This document shows positions 22,031-32,973 of a stretch of 64,000 nt of DNA, piece after piece; the first letter of the stretch is position 1; every line of letters begins with the position of its first letter. The notes below the pieces were generated by a model that had not been told where the DNA came from, made no database searches, and saw nothing but the letters and a program-made list of their open reading frames with translations. Origin of the DNA: an uncultured delta proteobacterium (GTDB lineage Bacteria > Desulfobacterota > Binatia > DP-6); NCBI GenBank assembly GCA_963815115.1, contig CAWFFN010000005.1:1280001-1344000 (forward strand), given 5' to 3'. Made by a program: the position numbers and the translations under genes.

Positions 22031-23200
22031 TCACCGAGCAGCCGCGATGCCGGGAACGTGGCGCGCGTTTCGCACGATCAGCGCATTGATCAGGATCGTC
22101 ACCAGCGACGTCCCGAGGATGGCGTCGTAGAGCGGGCGTGTCAGGAGGCCGTGGTCGAGGCCGACCTTGCCGAGGATGTAGGAGAACTCGCCGATCTGGG
22201 TCATGGTCAGGGCGGCGAATGTCGCCGTGGCGGTCGGGTAGCCGGCCGCACGGATGATGCCGGTCCACACGCCGAGCTTACCGAGCGAGACCAGCAGCAC
22301 CATGGCGATGACCGCTGGCAGCTCGGCGATCAGCACCGCTGGCCGGATCAGCATCCCGACCGAGACGAAGAAGATCGCGACGAAGATGTCGCGGATCGGC
22401 AGCACGCGGTCGAGCGCCCGATGCGCCAGTTGTGATTCGCTGATCACCATGCCGGCCAGGAACGCGCCCAGCGCGTGCGACAGGCCGAGCACCACCGTGA
22501 GTGCGGCCGTCGCCATGGCGATGGTCACGGCCGTGAGGAGTAGCAGCTCGTCGTTGGCCGTCCGGGCGACGGCGACGAGAATGCGCGGGATGACGTAGCG
22601 CGCCAGCCACACCGTCGGGACGAGGATCAGCGTGGCGAGCAGAAGACCGCGAGCGAGCGAGAGCAGATGACTGCCGCTGGACGGACCGAGGGCCGGAATG
22701 AGCAGCGTCATCACCACCACCGCGAGATCCTCGACCAGGGTGATCCCGACGACGACCTGCCCGTGCGGCGCGGTGAGCTCGCCGCGTTCCATGAGGAGCT
22801 TCAGCAGGACCATGGTGCTGGCCACGCTCAGCGCGGCCCCCACCACGACCGATGCGGTCGTCCCCCACCCGAGGAACCAGCCGACCCCGACGGCGAGGAG
22901 CGTGATCAGGACGATGCCGAGCGGTCCGCCGATCAGCGCCAGGCGGCCGACGCGCACCAGCTCGCGCAGGGAGAACTCGACCCCGATCGAGAACATCAGC
23001 AGGATGACGCCGATCTCGGCGATCTGCTCGAACGGGTGCGGGTCGGCGATGGTCGGCCCCGGCGTGAAGGGACCGACCAGGATGCCCGCCAGGACGTAGC
23101 CGACGATCAGCGGCTGGCGCAGGAGCTGCGCGAGCATCGCCCCGCCGCAGGCGGCGAGGAAGAGCAGGCCGAAATCGAGGAAGAACCGGGTCTCGTGCAC
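22031..23200 (-). CDS. Cation:proton antiporter, CPA2 (YbaL/RosB-like), membrane domain only
   Basis: QPLIVGYVLAG, AEIGVILLMFSIG, LVEDL, QIGEFSY. Confidence 0.9.
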   Translation of the reverse strand: MHETRFFLDFGLLFLAACGGAMLAQLLRQPLIVGYVLAGILVGPFTPGPTIADPHPFEQIAEIGVILLMFSIGVEFSLRELVRVGRLALIGGPLGIVLITLLAVGVGWFLGWGTTASVVVGAALSVASTMVLLKLLMERGELTAPHGQVVVGITLVEDLAVVVMTLLIPALGPSSGSHLLSLARGLLLATLILVPTVWLARYVIPRILVAVARTANDELLLLTAVTIAMATAALTVVLGLSHALGAFLAGMVISESQLAHRALDRVLPIRDIFVAIFFVSVGMLIRPAVLIAELPAVIAMVLLVSLGKLGVWTGIIRAAGYPTATATFAALTMTQIGEFSYILGKVGLDHGLLTRPLYDAILGTSLVTILINALIVRNARHVPGIAAAR

Positions 23201-23203
23201 ACG

Positions 23204-24112
<909 letters not shown>

Positions 24113-24215
24113 CCGTGCCGTCCCCCGTTGCCGACCTCCTAGCCCGCGCCCGAAGCCCGGGCAAACCCGACGCGGGGCTCGCCTTCTTGGCGGGTTTGGA
24201 CTATCCTCCGCCACC

Positions 24216-24515
24216 ATGCGCCGGATGCTGCTCGTCGGCTGCCTCGCTGTTGCCCTCGCCTCGCACGCCGGGGCGGGCACGGAGCAGACCGTCGAGGGGA
24301 TCGCGCCGCCCGCAGAGCAGGAGGTCAACGGCTTCGGCCCCGGCCAGGAGCAGGTGGTCGAGGGCTTCGGCAGCGGGACCGAGCAGGTCGTCGAGGGCAC
24401 GGCCCCGGCGAGCGACGCGGCAAAGCTGGCGTCCAACGTGGGAAAGGTGGCCATCGGTGTGACCGCTGCCGGTGTCTCCCTCGCGGCCATGGCCGCGATG
24501 CTGATGTTCCTCTGA
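24216..24515 (+). CDS. Small exported protein with four 11-aa repeats and C-terminal membrane anchor
   Basis: Signal peptide; EQxVxG repeats; hydrophobic tail. Confidence 0.65.
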   Translation: MRRMLLVGCLAVALASHAGAGTEQTVEGIAPPAEQEVNGFGPGQEQVVEGFGSGTEQVVEGTAPASDAAKLASNVGKVAIGVTAAGVSLAAMAAMLMFL

Positions 24516-24737
24516 AATCGTTGACCGTCGGGGGGAGGGTGGCTTTTCCTCCGCCGATGGGGTAGATGCGACACTGAACCCGGGCCGAGCGCATAGGCGA
24601 CGCGCTCAGAAGCCCACCCGCGCGCGAGCGACGCGCAAGCCGAGGGCGCACGCGGTCACGAGGCGCGAGGCCCGAGGGCCTTGCGAAGCCGGTCCGCCAG
24701 GTCCTCATCGGCCTGGCCTCCAGCGAATGGAAGCACG

Positions 24738-26765
24738 GTGGAGACCCTGGAAAGCACAGCCCTGGAGATTCCTGCCACGGTCGGTCTCGACGACATCCGT
24801 CGTACGGCGCGCGAGCGCTTCGGGATATCGCGGCTCTATCGCGAGCAGGAGCGAGCCATCACGTCGGTCCTCGAGGGCCGCGACACGTTGCTCGTCATGC
24901 CCACGGGCGGTGGCAAGTCGCTGTGCTACCAGCTGCCGTCGCTGCTCTTGCCGCAGCCCACGGTCGTGGTCTCGCCGCTCCTCGCGCTGCTCGAAGACCA
25001 GTATCTGAAGATGCAGCAGTTCGGCGTCCCGACCGTTCGCCTCGACAGCACGGTGGGCGTCGCGGATCGTCGCGAGGGTCTGGCGCGCATCGCGAAGGGC
25101 GGTCCGTTGCTGATCCTGACCACCCCGGAGACGCTCGCCGGCAACGAGCTCGGCCGCTTGCTCGAGATCGTGCCGCCCGCCCTGGTGGCGGTGGACGAGG
25201 CGCACTGCATCTCGGAGTGGGGCCACGATTTCCGTCCCGCCTACCTCGCGCTCGGGCAGCGCCTGCAGCAGCTCCAGGCCGGTCGCATCCTCGGCCTGAC
25301 GGCCACGGCGACTCCGCCCGTGCGCGACGACATCGTGCGCTACCTGGCGCTGCGCGAGCCGGACATCATCGTCTCGTCCCCGCACCGCCAGAACCTGCTC
25401 TTCGAGGTGCGGCGCGCCGGCGGCGACGAGAAGCTGCGCCAGCTCGCCAAGCTCGCCCGGCGCTTGCCGCGTCCGGGCATCGTGTACTGCTCCACCACGA
25501 AGTCGGTCGAGGACGTGTGGCTCGGGCTCCGCCTCATCAAGGTCCCGTGCGCGCGCTACCACGGGAAGATGACCGACAAGGATCGCACGCAGCACATGGC
25601 TCGCTTCATGCGCAAGGGCAAGCGCATCGTCATGGTGGCGACGAGCGCGTTCGGCCTCGGCATCGACAAGCCGGACATCCGCTACATCGTGCACTACCAG
25701 GCGCCGGCGTCCCTCGAGCGCTACGTGCAGGAGGCCGGACGCGCGGGTCGCGACGGGCAGATCGCCCGCTGCATCCTGCTCTTCGACGAGAGCGATCTCG
25801 CGATCCAGGAGCATCTCCTGGCGCTCTCCCGCCTGTCGCCGACTCTGCTCGGGCGCTTCGGGCGCGCACTCGCCGCCTGGGCGGGTGAGGAGCGCGACGC
25901 CAACATCGAAGAGCTGGCGCTCTCGGCGGGCATCTCGCAGCGCGCGGCCAGCTCGCTGGTGACCGTGCTCGTCGAGGCGGGGATCTGCGAGCGCGTGCCG
26001 GGAGGGCGCGTCCATCCGACGGTGGCGCTCGATACGCTCGTCGAGCGTGTCGAGGGACTGCGCAGCCGCTTCGAGATCCTCCGGCGCGAGGACGCGCGCC
26101 GCCTGCGCGCCGTCGTCGAGTACGCGACCGAGGCGGGCTGCCGGAGCGACGCCTTGCGGCGTTACTTCGGTGACGTCGACTCCCGTCCGTGCGGGCGGTG
26201 CGACCTCTGTCGCGCCCAGGGCGTGGCGGAGCCTGCGCGTCCGGGCCGGCGGCGGCGCCATCGCGATCGCCGCCGCGGCGGCGTCGCGCCCGGAGTGACG
26301 GCACCGCCGGCAGGCGAGGGAATCGCCGCCGCACCGGCCGAGGACGGCGAGCGGCGTCGCCGTCGGCGTCGGCGGGGACGGCGGCGCGGGGGCGCCGGCC
26401 CGGTGCCGCAGCAGCCGGTTCAAGCTGCTGCCCCGCCACCACCATCCTTCGCGCTGCCTCCGCTCGATCCGGAGGCAGACGATCTCGCCGCCGAGCTGGG
26501 CGCGCCCGGGCTGCCTCCGTCTCCGACCGACGGCACTGCTGCCGGCGCGCCTCCTCCCCCGGGGCGAGCAGGCACCGCCGGCGGCGGCGCCGGCGCCGCA
26601 GTCACGGAGCGCGGACCGAGACCACGTCGACCTCGAGCCCGTCTCAGGCGTAGCGAAGCGCCTCGACCGGCGCCCGGCGTGTCGCTTGCAGGACCGGCGG
26701 CAGGGCGGCGAGCGCCGCCAGAGCCGGGGGCAGCAGCGCGGCGGCGGCGACGAGCCGGGGAGTGA
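24738..26765 (+). CDS. recQ: RecQ family DNA helicase (true end possibly 26653)
   Basis: MPTGGGKSLCYQ, VDEAHCISEWGHDFRP, QEAGRAGRDG, CR..CGRCDLC. Confidence 0.92.
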   Translation: METLESTALEIPATVGLDDIRRTARERFGISRLYREQERAITSVLEGRDTLLVMPTGGGKSLCYQLPSLLLPQPTVVVSPLLALLEDQYLKMQQFGVPTVRLDSTVGVADRREGLARIAKGGPLLILTTPETLAGNELGRLLEIVPPALVAVDEAHCISEWGHDFRPAYLALGQRLQQLQAGRILGLTATATPPVRDDIVRYLALREPDIIVSSPHRQNLLFEVRRAGGDEKLRQLAKLARRLPRPGIVYCSTTKSVEDVWLGLRLIKVPCARYHGKMTDKDRTQHMARFMRKGKRIVMVATSAFGLGIDKPDIRYIVHYQAPASLERYVQEAGRAGRDGQIARCILLFDESDLAIQEHLLALSRLSPTLLGRFGRALAAWAGEERDANIEELALSAGISQRAASSLVTVLVEAGICERVPGGRVHPTVALDTLVERVEGLRSRFEILRREDARRLRAVVEYATEAGCRSDALRRYFGDVDSRPCGRCDLCRAQGVAEPARPGRRRRHRDRRRGGVAPGVTAPPAGEGIAAAPAEDGERRRRRRRRGRRRGGAGPVPQQPVQAAAPPPPSFALPPLDPEADDLAAELGAPGLPPSPTDGTAAGAPPPPGRAGTAGGGAGAAVTERGPRPRRPRARLRRSEAPRPAPGVSLAGPAAGRRAPPEPGAAARRRRRAGE

Positions 26766-27840
26766 CCAGGAAGACGGGCGCGCCCACCCGCTCGGTGATG
26801 ACGTTGAGCCCGTGCGTGAGGATGCCGCCCGCGACCAGCCCGAGCAGGCTGCCCGCAAGGCCGAGGAGCACGGCCTCCAGCACCAGCCGGCCGACGATCT
26901 GGGCGCGGGTCGCTCCCACCACCCGCCACAGCCCGATCTCACGGCGCCGCTCCACCATGGCCGTGATGGTGGTGTTGGCGACCGCCAGTGTTGCCACCAG
27001 CAGCGCCACCAGGCCGCCTCCCTCGATCACGCCCCTCAGAAAGGCGAGGGTGCGGTCGAGCTGCGCTTCGGCCTGTGCGGGTGACACGACCGACAGGCCA
27101 GGCACGTGGTCGCGGATGCGCTGGGCGAGCGCCTCCGGATCCTCGCCCTCGTTCCAGAAGACTGCGGCCGCGGTGGCGATCGGCAGCACCGTCGCCCCCG
27201 GTATGAGCGTGAGACGGCGGAGCACCGGCTCGCTGTCGAGCAGCAGGCGCTCGGCGGTGGCGAAGGGCATCATCACGAAGCTGTCCGGGCCGGTCAGGGT
27301 GGGCTCGAGCACCCCCACGACCCGGAAATCGTGTCCGCGCACCCGGATCGTCGAGCCGAGGTCCGCTCCGAAGCGCTTGGCCACCTGGCTCCCGATGACC
27401 ACCTCGTTGCCATCCGGGGCGGGGATGAACTGGCCCACACGGACGCGCGGCGGTGGCGAACGGCTGTTGCGGGTGAGGAGCGCCGCGTCCACCCCGAAGA
27501 CGAGGGGGGCCAGGGTGAAGGGCATGGAGGTGGGGCTCTCCGCGACCGGGAACATGACGATCGGTGCGACCTCGGCGACGCCCGGGACCTGGCGGACTCC
27601 CTCCAGCTGCTCGCCGGCGACCAGGGCCCCGCGGGACATGCCGGTGCCGATGTCCCCGCCGGCACCGCTGACCGTGATCTGACCGGCACCGAAGTCGCGT
27701 CCGCCCTCGACCAGGCGGCTCGTCCGCTCCGAGAGCGCTCCCAGGAGGACCAGCGCGGCCGCCCCGATGGCGATCCCGCCGGCGGTGAGCATGCTTCGTA
27801 GCGCGTGCCGGCGCAGCTCCCGGATCGCGTGGCGGAGCAT
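26644..27840 (-). CDS. MacB/FtsX-like ABC permease
   Basis: RSMLTAGGIAIG, ERRREIGLWRVVGA, PVEALRY. Confidence 0.88.
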   Translation of the reverse strand: MLRHAIRELRRHALRSMLTAGGIAIGAAALVLLGALSERTSRLVEGGRDFGAGQITVSGAGGDIGTGMSRGALVAGEQLEGVRQVPGVAEVAPIVMFPVAESPTSMPFTLAPLVFGVDAALLTRNSRSPPPRVRVGQFIPAPDGNEVVIGSQVAKRFGADLGSTIRVRGHDFRVVGVLEPTLTGPDSFVMMPFATAERLLLDSEPVLRRLTLIPGATVLPIATAAAVFWNEGEDPEALAQRIRDHVPGLSVVSPAQAEAQLDRTLAFLRGVIEGGGLVALLVATLAVANTTITAMVERRREIGLWRVVGATRAQIVGRLVLEAVLLGLAGSLLGLVAGGILTHGLNVITERVGAPVFLVTPRLVAAAALLPPALAALAALPPVLQATRRAPVEALRYA

Positions 27841-27985
27841 GGATGCCTGCTCGTAGATGAGGGGTCGATGGGGTGCAACCCGACCGGCGTGCGCCTCCGC
27901 GGCGGGGAGAAAACTGGGCGCCTCCCGTCGACCAACGCCGGCTCCTGCGCTACACTCCGCGCAATCGGTGCCAGGAGGTGACGCG

Positions 27986-29983
27986 GTGGGCGATGAGGCA
28001 CAGGAACGCGTTCCGGCGAGCGAGCTGACGACCGGGTCGAACGTGCCTGCCCGCGTGCGCTCGGCCTTCCTCGCGCGAGGCCGGACCCGCGCCCCCGAGC
28101 CAAGGGTGCGCTTCGGATGGTCGCTGTTGCCGGGGCTCGCCTGTCTCGGGCCCTCGCAGCGATCCGCGGCGGGACCGATCCTCGTCGCCGCGGATGCCCT
28201 GCGCGCGGAACGTCTCACTCTGCTCGGCCGTACCGCACCGTGTGATCGGGGCGTCGACTGGGCGGCGCGCGACGCCACGCCATCGTGGCGCGTCGCACTG
28301 CACGGCCTGGAGCACTTGATGCCTGCGGGCTTCGCCGCCGCCCTCGCGGAATCTCCGCAGGAGCGGGCGACGTGGTGGGAGCTGGTCAGGGCACACCTGC
28401 TCGACTGGCTGCACGAAGGACGCCGCGGCCACGGCGCCGCTGCACGGCTCGAGGCTCAGACGCGGCGGACGACCAATCTCATCCGCCTGGCCACCATCTT
28501 CTCCGAGGAGCTGCTCGCCGACCCGGATGCGCGCCGCGCGCTGCTGGACGCCGTCTACACCGACGCCACCTCGCTGGCGGTGACGGTGCCGCGCCAGCCC
28601 GCGGACGTGTGGCTCGTAGTGGGCGCGAACGCCCTCTTCACGGCCGGCCGCTTCTTCGACGGCGAGGAGGCGCGCGGGTGGGTCGAGAGCGCCACCGCGA
28701 TCCTGTGGCGCCAGCTGCGGGAGCTGGTGCACGACGACGGCGGCCTGCGCGATCGCAACCCTGCTCGCCACGCCCTGGCGCTCGCGGAATACCTCGAGGT
28801 CCTCGCCTCGCTGTGGACGGCGATGGAGGAGATCCCGGCGTGGGAGCGCAAGCGGGTCAAGGCGATGGCGTACTGCCTCGCGCGCCTGCTGCACCCGAGT
28901 GGCGAGCTCGCGCTGGGCGACGGGGGCACCCTCGCGCCGCCGCACCCCGGTCGCGAGCTTCTCTCGGTGGCCGCAGTCGTGCTGGAGGAGCCCGCCCTCT
29001 CGGCACCGGGCGACCTGCCCGGCATCTGGCCGCTCGCCATCCTCGGCGAGCGGGGCCGGCGCGTGTATCAGGGCCTCGCGCGTCTGCCGCAGGCGCCGGC
29101 GCCGCGCGCGCTCAGGCGTACGGGTTTCTACGTGCTGCCCGGCGCCGACGGGGACGTCATGGTGCTCGACGCCTCCGCGTCGGGCGCGGGCGGCCGCATC
29201 GGAGGGTTCGCCTTCGAGCTGTCGGTCGGCGGCCAGCTCCTGATCGTCGGCGCGGGAGCCGGCGCCGACGACGGCCATCCCATGGCGCCGTACGCGCGCA
29301 GCGCTCGGGCGCGCAACGTCGTCCTCGACCGCCAGACCCTCGCGCCCCTGCCGGGACGAGGCGCCCACGAAGCCCATATCTACTGGACCATGCGGGACGG
29401 CCTCCTGTGCTTCTCCGGCCTCGACCAGCGCAGCGCGGACCTTCGCCACCGGCGCTGCGTCTTCTGTCTGCCGGGCCGCTTCTGGATCGTCTGCGACGAG
29501 CTGATAGGCAACGGGCACTGGGAGGGCGAATCGCTGGTGCACCTGCATCCGCAGGCGCGGCTGCTGGCGACGTGCGCCGGGCGGCCGTCGTTCGTTGCCG
29601 AGCGCTCCGAGACGTCGCGGGTGGCCATCGTCCTCGCTAGCGGCGGCGAGGTACGGGTGCACACCGGTCTCGCCGGAGCCAGGCCACAGGGATGGTATGC
29701 GACGGGTCCTGGCGAGTTCGTGCCCGCCCCCGCTCTGTCGGTCACGGTCGAGGGTGCGCTGCCGCTGGTCACCGGCTATGCGCTGCTCCCGCGCAGCGCG
29801 AAACCGGCCACCCTCGCCGTCGAGCGCGATGCCTTCCAGCTGAGCGCCGTGCTGCGGCAGGGCGACGAGGAGTTCGCGATCACCGTGATGGAGCACGACG
29901 TCGAGCTCGCCCGGCGCCGGCCGTCACTCGAGGGCCCCGCTCCGGACCAGCTCGGTGATGAGCGCCTCGTCGTAGCCGAGTAG
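27986..29983 (+). CDS. Heparinase II/III family protein
   Basis: DGGLRDRNPARH, FELSVGG, ARARNVV, RHRRCVF..FWIVCDEL, HLHP; AGGAGG before GTG. Confidence 0.72.
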   Translation: MGDEAQERVPASELTTGSNVPARVRSAFLARGRTRAPEPRVRFGWSLLPGLACLGPSQRSAAGPILVAADALRAERLTLLGRTAPCDRGVDWAARDATPSWRVALHGLEHLMPAGFAAALAESPQERATWWELVRAHLLDWLHEGRRGHGAAARLEAQTRRTTNLIRLATIFSEELLADPDARRALLDAVYTDATSLAVTVPRQPADVWLVVGANALFTAGRFFDGEEARGWVESATAILWRQLRELVHDDGGLRDRNPARHALALAEYLEVLASLWTAMEEIPAWERKRVKAMAYCLARLLHPSGELALGDGGTLAPPHPGRELLSVAAVVLEEPALSAPGDLPGIWPLAILGERGRRVYQGLARLPQAPAPRALRRTGFYVLPGADGDVMVLDASASGAGGRIGGFAFELSVGGQLLIVGAGAGADDGHPMAPYARSARARNVVLDRQTLAPLPGRGAHEAHIYWTMRDGLLCFSGLDQRSADLRHRRCVFCLPGRFWIVCDELIGNGHWEGESLVHLHPQARLLATCAGRPSFVAERSETSRVAIVLASGGEVRVHTGLAGARPQGWYATGPGEFVPAPALSVTVEGALPLVTGYALLPRSAKPATLAVERDAFQLSAVLRQGDEEFAITVMEHDVELARRRPSLEGPAPDQLGDERLVVAE

Positions 29984-31138
29984 ATCCGCCAGCACGGTCG
30001 AGGTGTCGCGGCCATACGTTGGTGCGTCGTCGGGGACGATCGCCGGCGTGCGCGAGAGATGAAAGCGCGTCGCCTCGATCGTGGTCGCTCCGAGGCTCTC
30101 GTGCGGAACGCGGAGGAAGTGGCCGCGGTGGGCGAGCTGGGGGTCGGCGCACAGCGCCGCGCTGTCCTGGACCGCGCTCGCCGCGACGCCGTGTGCCTGG
30201 AGCAGGGCCTCGATCGCCGCCGCGTCACGCGGCCTGGTCCAGGCGGCCAGCTCGTCGTCGAGCGCCGCCTCGTGCGCGCGGCGCGCGTCGGCGCTGGCGA
30301 AACGCGGGTCGCAGGCGAGCTCGGCACGTCCCATGGCGGTGCACAGCGCCCGGAACGGCGGGTCGCCGTCGACGGCGATGGCCACCCAGCGGTCGTCGCC
30401 CGCCGCGGGATAGACGCCGTGCGGGACCAGGTCCCGGTCGCGATTGCCGACCCGGCCGGGCAGCCGGCCGTTGGCGACGTGATCGAGCAGCGCGGCGCCG
30501 AGGAGGTGCAGCGACGCCTCGGCCTGGGAGAGGTCGATGTACTGCCCGGCTCCCGTGCGGCGCCGGTACTCCAGGGCCGCCAGGATCGCCGCCGCGATGA
30601 AGCGCGGCGACACGTAGTCGGTGTATGCGCTGAACGGGCCCGCCGGCGGGCGATCGGGCCAGCCGCCGAGGTTCGAGAACCCCGAGACCGCGGCGGCGAG
30701 GTTGCCGTAGCCGGCGAACGACGCCCACGGGCCCGTCTGTCCCATGAGACAGGTGCTGAGCATCACGACGTCGGCCTTGACGGTTCGGAGCGCGTCGTAG
30801 TCGAGCCCCCACCGGCGCATCACCCCGGGCGCGAACGACTCCGTCACCACGTCGGCCCAGCGCACCAGGTCGAGCACCACCGCGCGGCCCTCCGGGCGGC
30901 TCGGATCCAGGGTGAGCATGCGCTTGTTCGCGTTGGCGTTGTGGAACAGCGCGGAGCGCTCGGCTCCGGGCCGGCCGCCGTGGAACGGCGCGAGCGTTCG
31001 CGCCGTGTCGATCCGGCGCGTCGACTCGACCCGCACCACCGTGGCGCCGTAGTCGGCCAGGACGCGGGTGGCGGACGGGCCTGCGATGACCCACATGAAG
31101 TCGAGTATCTTGACGTCGGAGAGCGGCGCGGCGGCCAT
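29924..31138 (-). CDS. Family III CoA transferase (CaiB/BaiF)
   Basis: LDFMWVIAGP, LADYGATVVRVES, WADVVTESFAPG, YTD. Confidence 0.92.
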   Translation of the reverse strand: MAAAPLSDVKILDFMWVIAGPSATRVLADYGATVVRVESTRRIDTARTLAPFHGGRPGAERSALFHNANANKRMLTLDPSRPEGRAVVLDLVRWADVVTESFAPGVMRRWGLDYDALRTVKADVVMLSTCLMGQTGPWASFAGYGNLAAAVSGFSNLGGWPDRPPAGPFSAYTDYVSPRFIAAAILAALEYRRRTGAGQYIDLSQAEASLHLLGAALLDHVANGRLPGRVGNRDRDLVPHGVYPAAGDDRWVAIAVDGDPPFRALCTAMGRAELACDPRFASADARRAHEAALDDELAAWTRPRDAAAIEALLQAHGVAASAVQDSAALCADPQLAHRGHFLRVPHESLGATTIEATRFHLSRTPAIVPDDAPTYGRDTSTVLADLLGYDEALITELVRSGALE

Positions 31139-31140
31139 GG

Positions 31141-32373
31141 TCAGACGATCCCGCGGCGGACGAGGCCGTCCACGTCGAGGCCGAGCTCGTTCCCGTAGAT
31201 CTCGGCGTTGTGCTCGCCGACGGTCGGGGGCCTGCGCCGGTAGCGGATCGGGGATGCGGCGAACCGCGCGAAGGGGCCTGGATGGGGGAAGGCGCGGCCG
31301 AGCTCCGGATGCTCGAGGCGCTGCCAGTAGTCGCGCGCGGCGAGCTGCGGGCTCGCGACCACCTCGTCGAGCGTCGAGACCGGCGCGATGAGCAGCCCGC
31401 GGGCCAGAGCCAGGGCGAGCAGCTCGGCCTTCGTCCGCCTGCGCGTGCAGGCGTCGATGCAGGCTTTCACGCGCTCGAACTCGTCGAGCGGCTCCGCACC
31501 CGAGAGCAGGAGATCGCCGTAGCGGATCCAGTCCTTGTCCCGCGTCGTGGTGTCGCAGAACCCCTCCTCGTGCACCCACTCCATCAGTCGTCGCGCAAAC
31601 GGCCCGATGGCGGAGCCGAAGAGAAAGGCGATCGCCACGTGGCCGTCGCGAGCCGGGAAGACGAAGCGGAGCGTGAAGCCGCCGTGCTTGATGCCGCCCG
31701 CCACGCGGTGGACCTGCGGCGCGCCCACGGCGGCGCACAGGATGTAGGACTGCGTCGCGAGCGCCAGTGCCTGCTGGGCGGAGACGTCGACGTGCTGGCC
31801 GCGGCCGGAGCGCTGGCGCTCGTGGTGCGCGATCAGTGCTCCCACGGCGGCCTCCGCGCCGGCATGAAGGTACGCCTGTGGCACCGGCAGCCGCACCGGC
31901 GGCCGGTCGTCGTCGCCCGTCAGCAGCAGCGGGCCGCCGGCGGCGAGGAGGATCAGGTCGCTGTCGGCAAGGGCGGCCCTGGGACCGGTCTGCCCGAACG
32001 GAGTGATCGACACGTAGACCAGCCCGGGGTGCTCGGCGAGCAGCTCGTCCGGTCCGAGACCGCGGGCGGCCATCGCACCCGGGTCGCCGGACTCGATCAG
32101 GAAATGTGCGCCACCGACCAGCCGGCGGAACACCTCGCGACCCTCGACGCGCTCGAGCGCGAGCGTGATGCTGCGCTTGTTGCGCGTCTGGGCCCACCAG
32201 GTGAGCGAGCGGTCGGGATGCGCGACGTCGTCGAGAAAGGGTCCGATGCGGCGCGCGGCCGAGCCGCCGCAGGGCTCGACCTGGATGACGTCCGCCCCGA
32301 GGTCCGCCAGCATCTGGCCGCAGAGGAGCCCGCGGTGGTTCGTCAGGTCGAGCACCCGGTAGGGCGACAGCAT
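31141..32373 (-). CDS. Family III CoA transferase (partner subunit)
   Basis: RVLDL, LADLGADVIQVEP, NKRSITL, ITPFGQTGP, GEHN. Confidence 0.9.
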   Translation of the reverse strand: MLSPYRVLDLTNHRGLLCGQMLADLGADVIQVEPCGGSAARRIGPFLDDVAHPDRSLTWWAQTRNKRSITLALERVEGREVFRRLVGGAHFLIESGDPGAMAARGLGPDELLAEHPGLVYVSITPFGQTGPRAALADSDLILLAAGGPLLLTGDDDRPPVRLPVPQAYLHAGAEAAVGALIAHHERQRSGRGQHVDVSAQQALALATQSYILCAAVGAPQVHRVAGGIKHGGFTLRFVFPARDGHVAIAFLFGSAIGPFARRLMEWVHEEGFCDTTTRDKDWIRYGDLLLSGAEPLDEFERVKACIDACTRRRTKAELLALALARGLLIAPVSTLDEVVASPQLAARDYWQRLEHPELGRAFPHPGPFARFAASPIRYRRRPPTVGEHNAEIYGNELGLDVDGLVRRGIV

Positions 32374-32419
32374 GGCGGCGCGGGCTCGATGCTCCGGCGG
32401 TCGTACGTGGACCCGGGGA

Positions 32420-32866
32420 TCAGGCGCCGCGCCGCCGCGCCTCGACCGCCTGCCGGAACTCCTCGACCGAGTCGTGCAGGGCCTTCTTCTCGAGGCCGCT
32501 ACGCACGAACCCGGGCAACCAGAAGCCGAGATCGATCGCCTGCGAGCACGTCGCCGTGGTGCGCCCGCCGGCCTCCTCGAAGCGGTACTCGCCGCTGATG
32601 GCCCGCACGTCGCCCTCGACGAACTCCCACGTCGCGCCGTGCGGCCGGTCGTAGGTGTAGTCGAGGACGTAGCGAATGGTCTTGACGGTCATGTCGAGCA
32701 GGAACTCGACGCGCTTCGGCAGCCCGTCGGCGTGATGCTCCAGCACGCGGCAGCTCGTGATCGGCGACGACCAGCGCGGATAGTCCTCGAACGCGACGAG
32801 GACGGCGAAGCAATCGGTCACGGGTGCGGCGATGGTGGTCGAGTACGACTGGCGATACTCGCTCAC
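32420..32866 (-). CDS. SRPBCC/polyketide cyclase-like protein
   Basis: TIAAP..CFAVL..FEDYPRW N-terminal pattern; 148 aa. Confidence 0.8.
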   Translation of the reverse strand: MSEYRQSYSTTIAAPVTDCFAVLVAFEDYPRWSSPITSCRVLEHHADGLPKRVEFLLDMTVKTIRYVLDYTYDRPHGATWEFVEGDVRAISGEYRFEEAGGRTTATCSQAIDLGFWLPGFVRSGLEKKALHDSVEEFRQAVEARRRGA

Positions 32867-32973
32867 GCGTGCCCCTCTAGCCGGCGTGCGGGAGGCGCGT
32901 CAAGGGCGGGTGTGCGGATCTGCGGCTGTTCCCTATGGGGCGAAATCCGCTATGCTCCGCCCCGGAGATTCCC

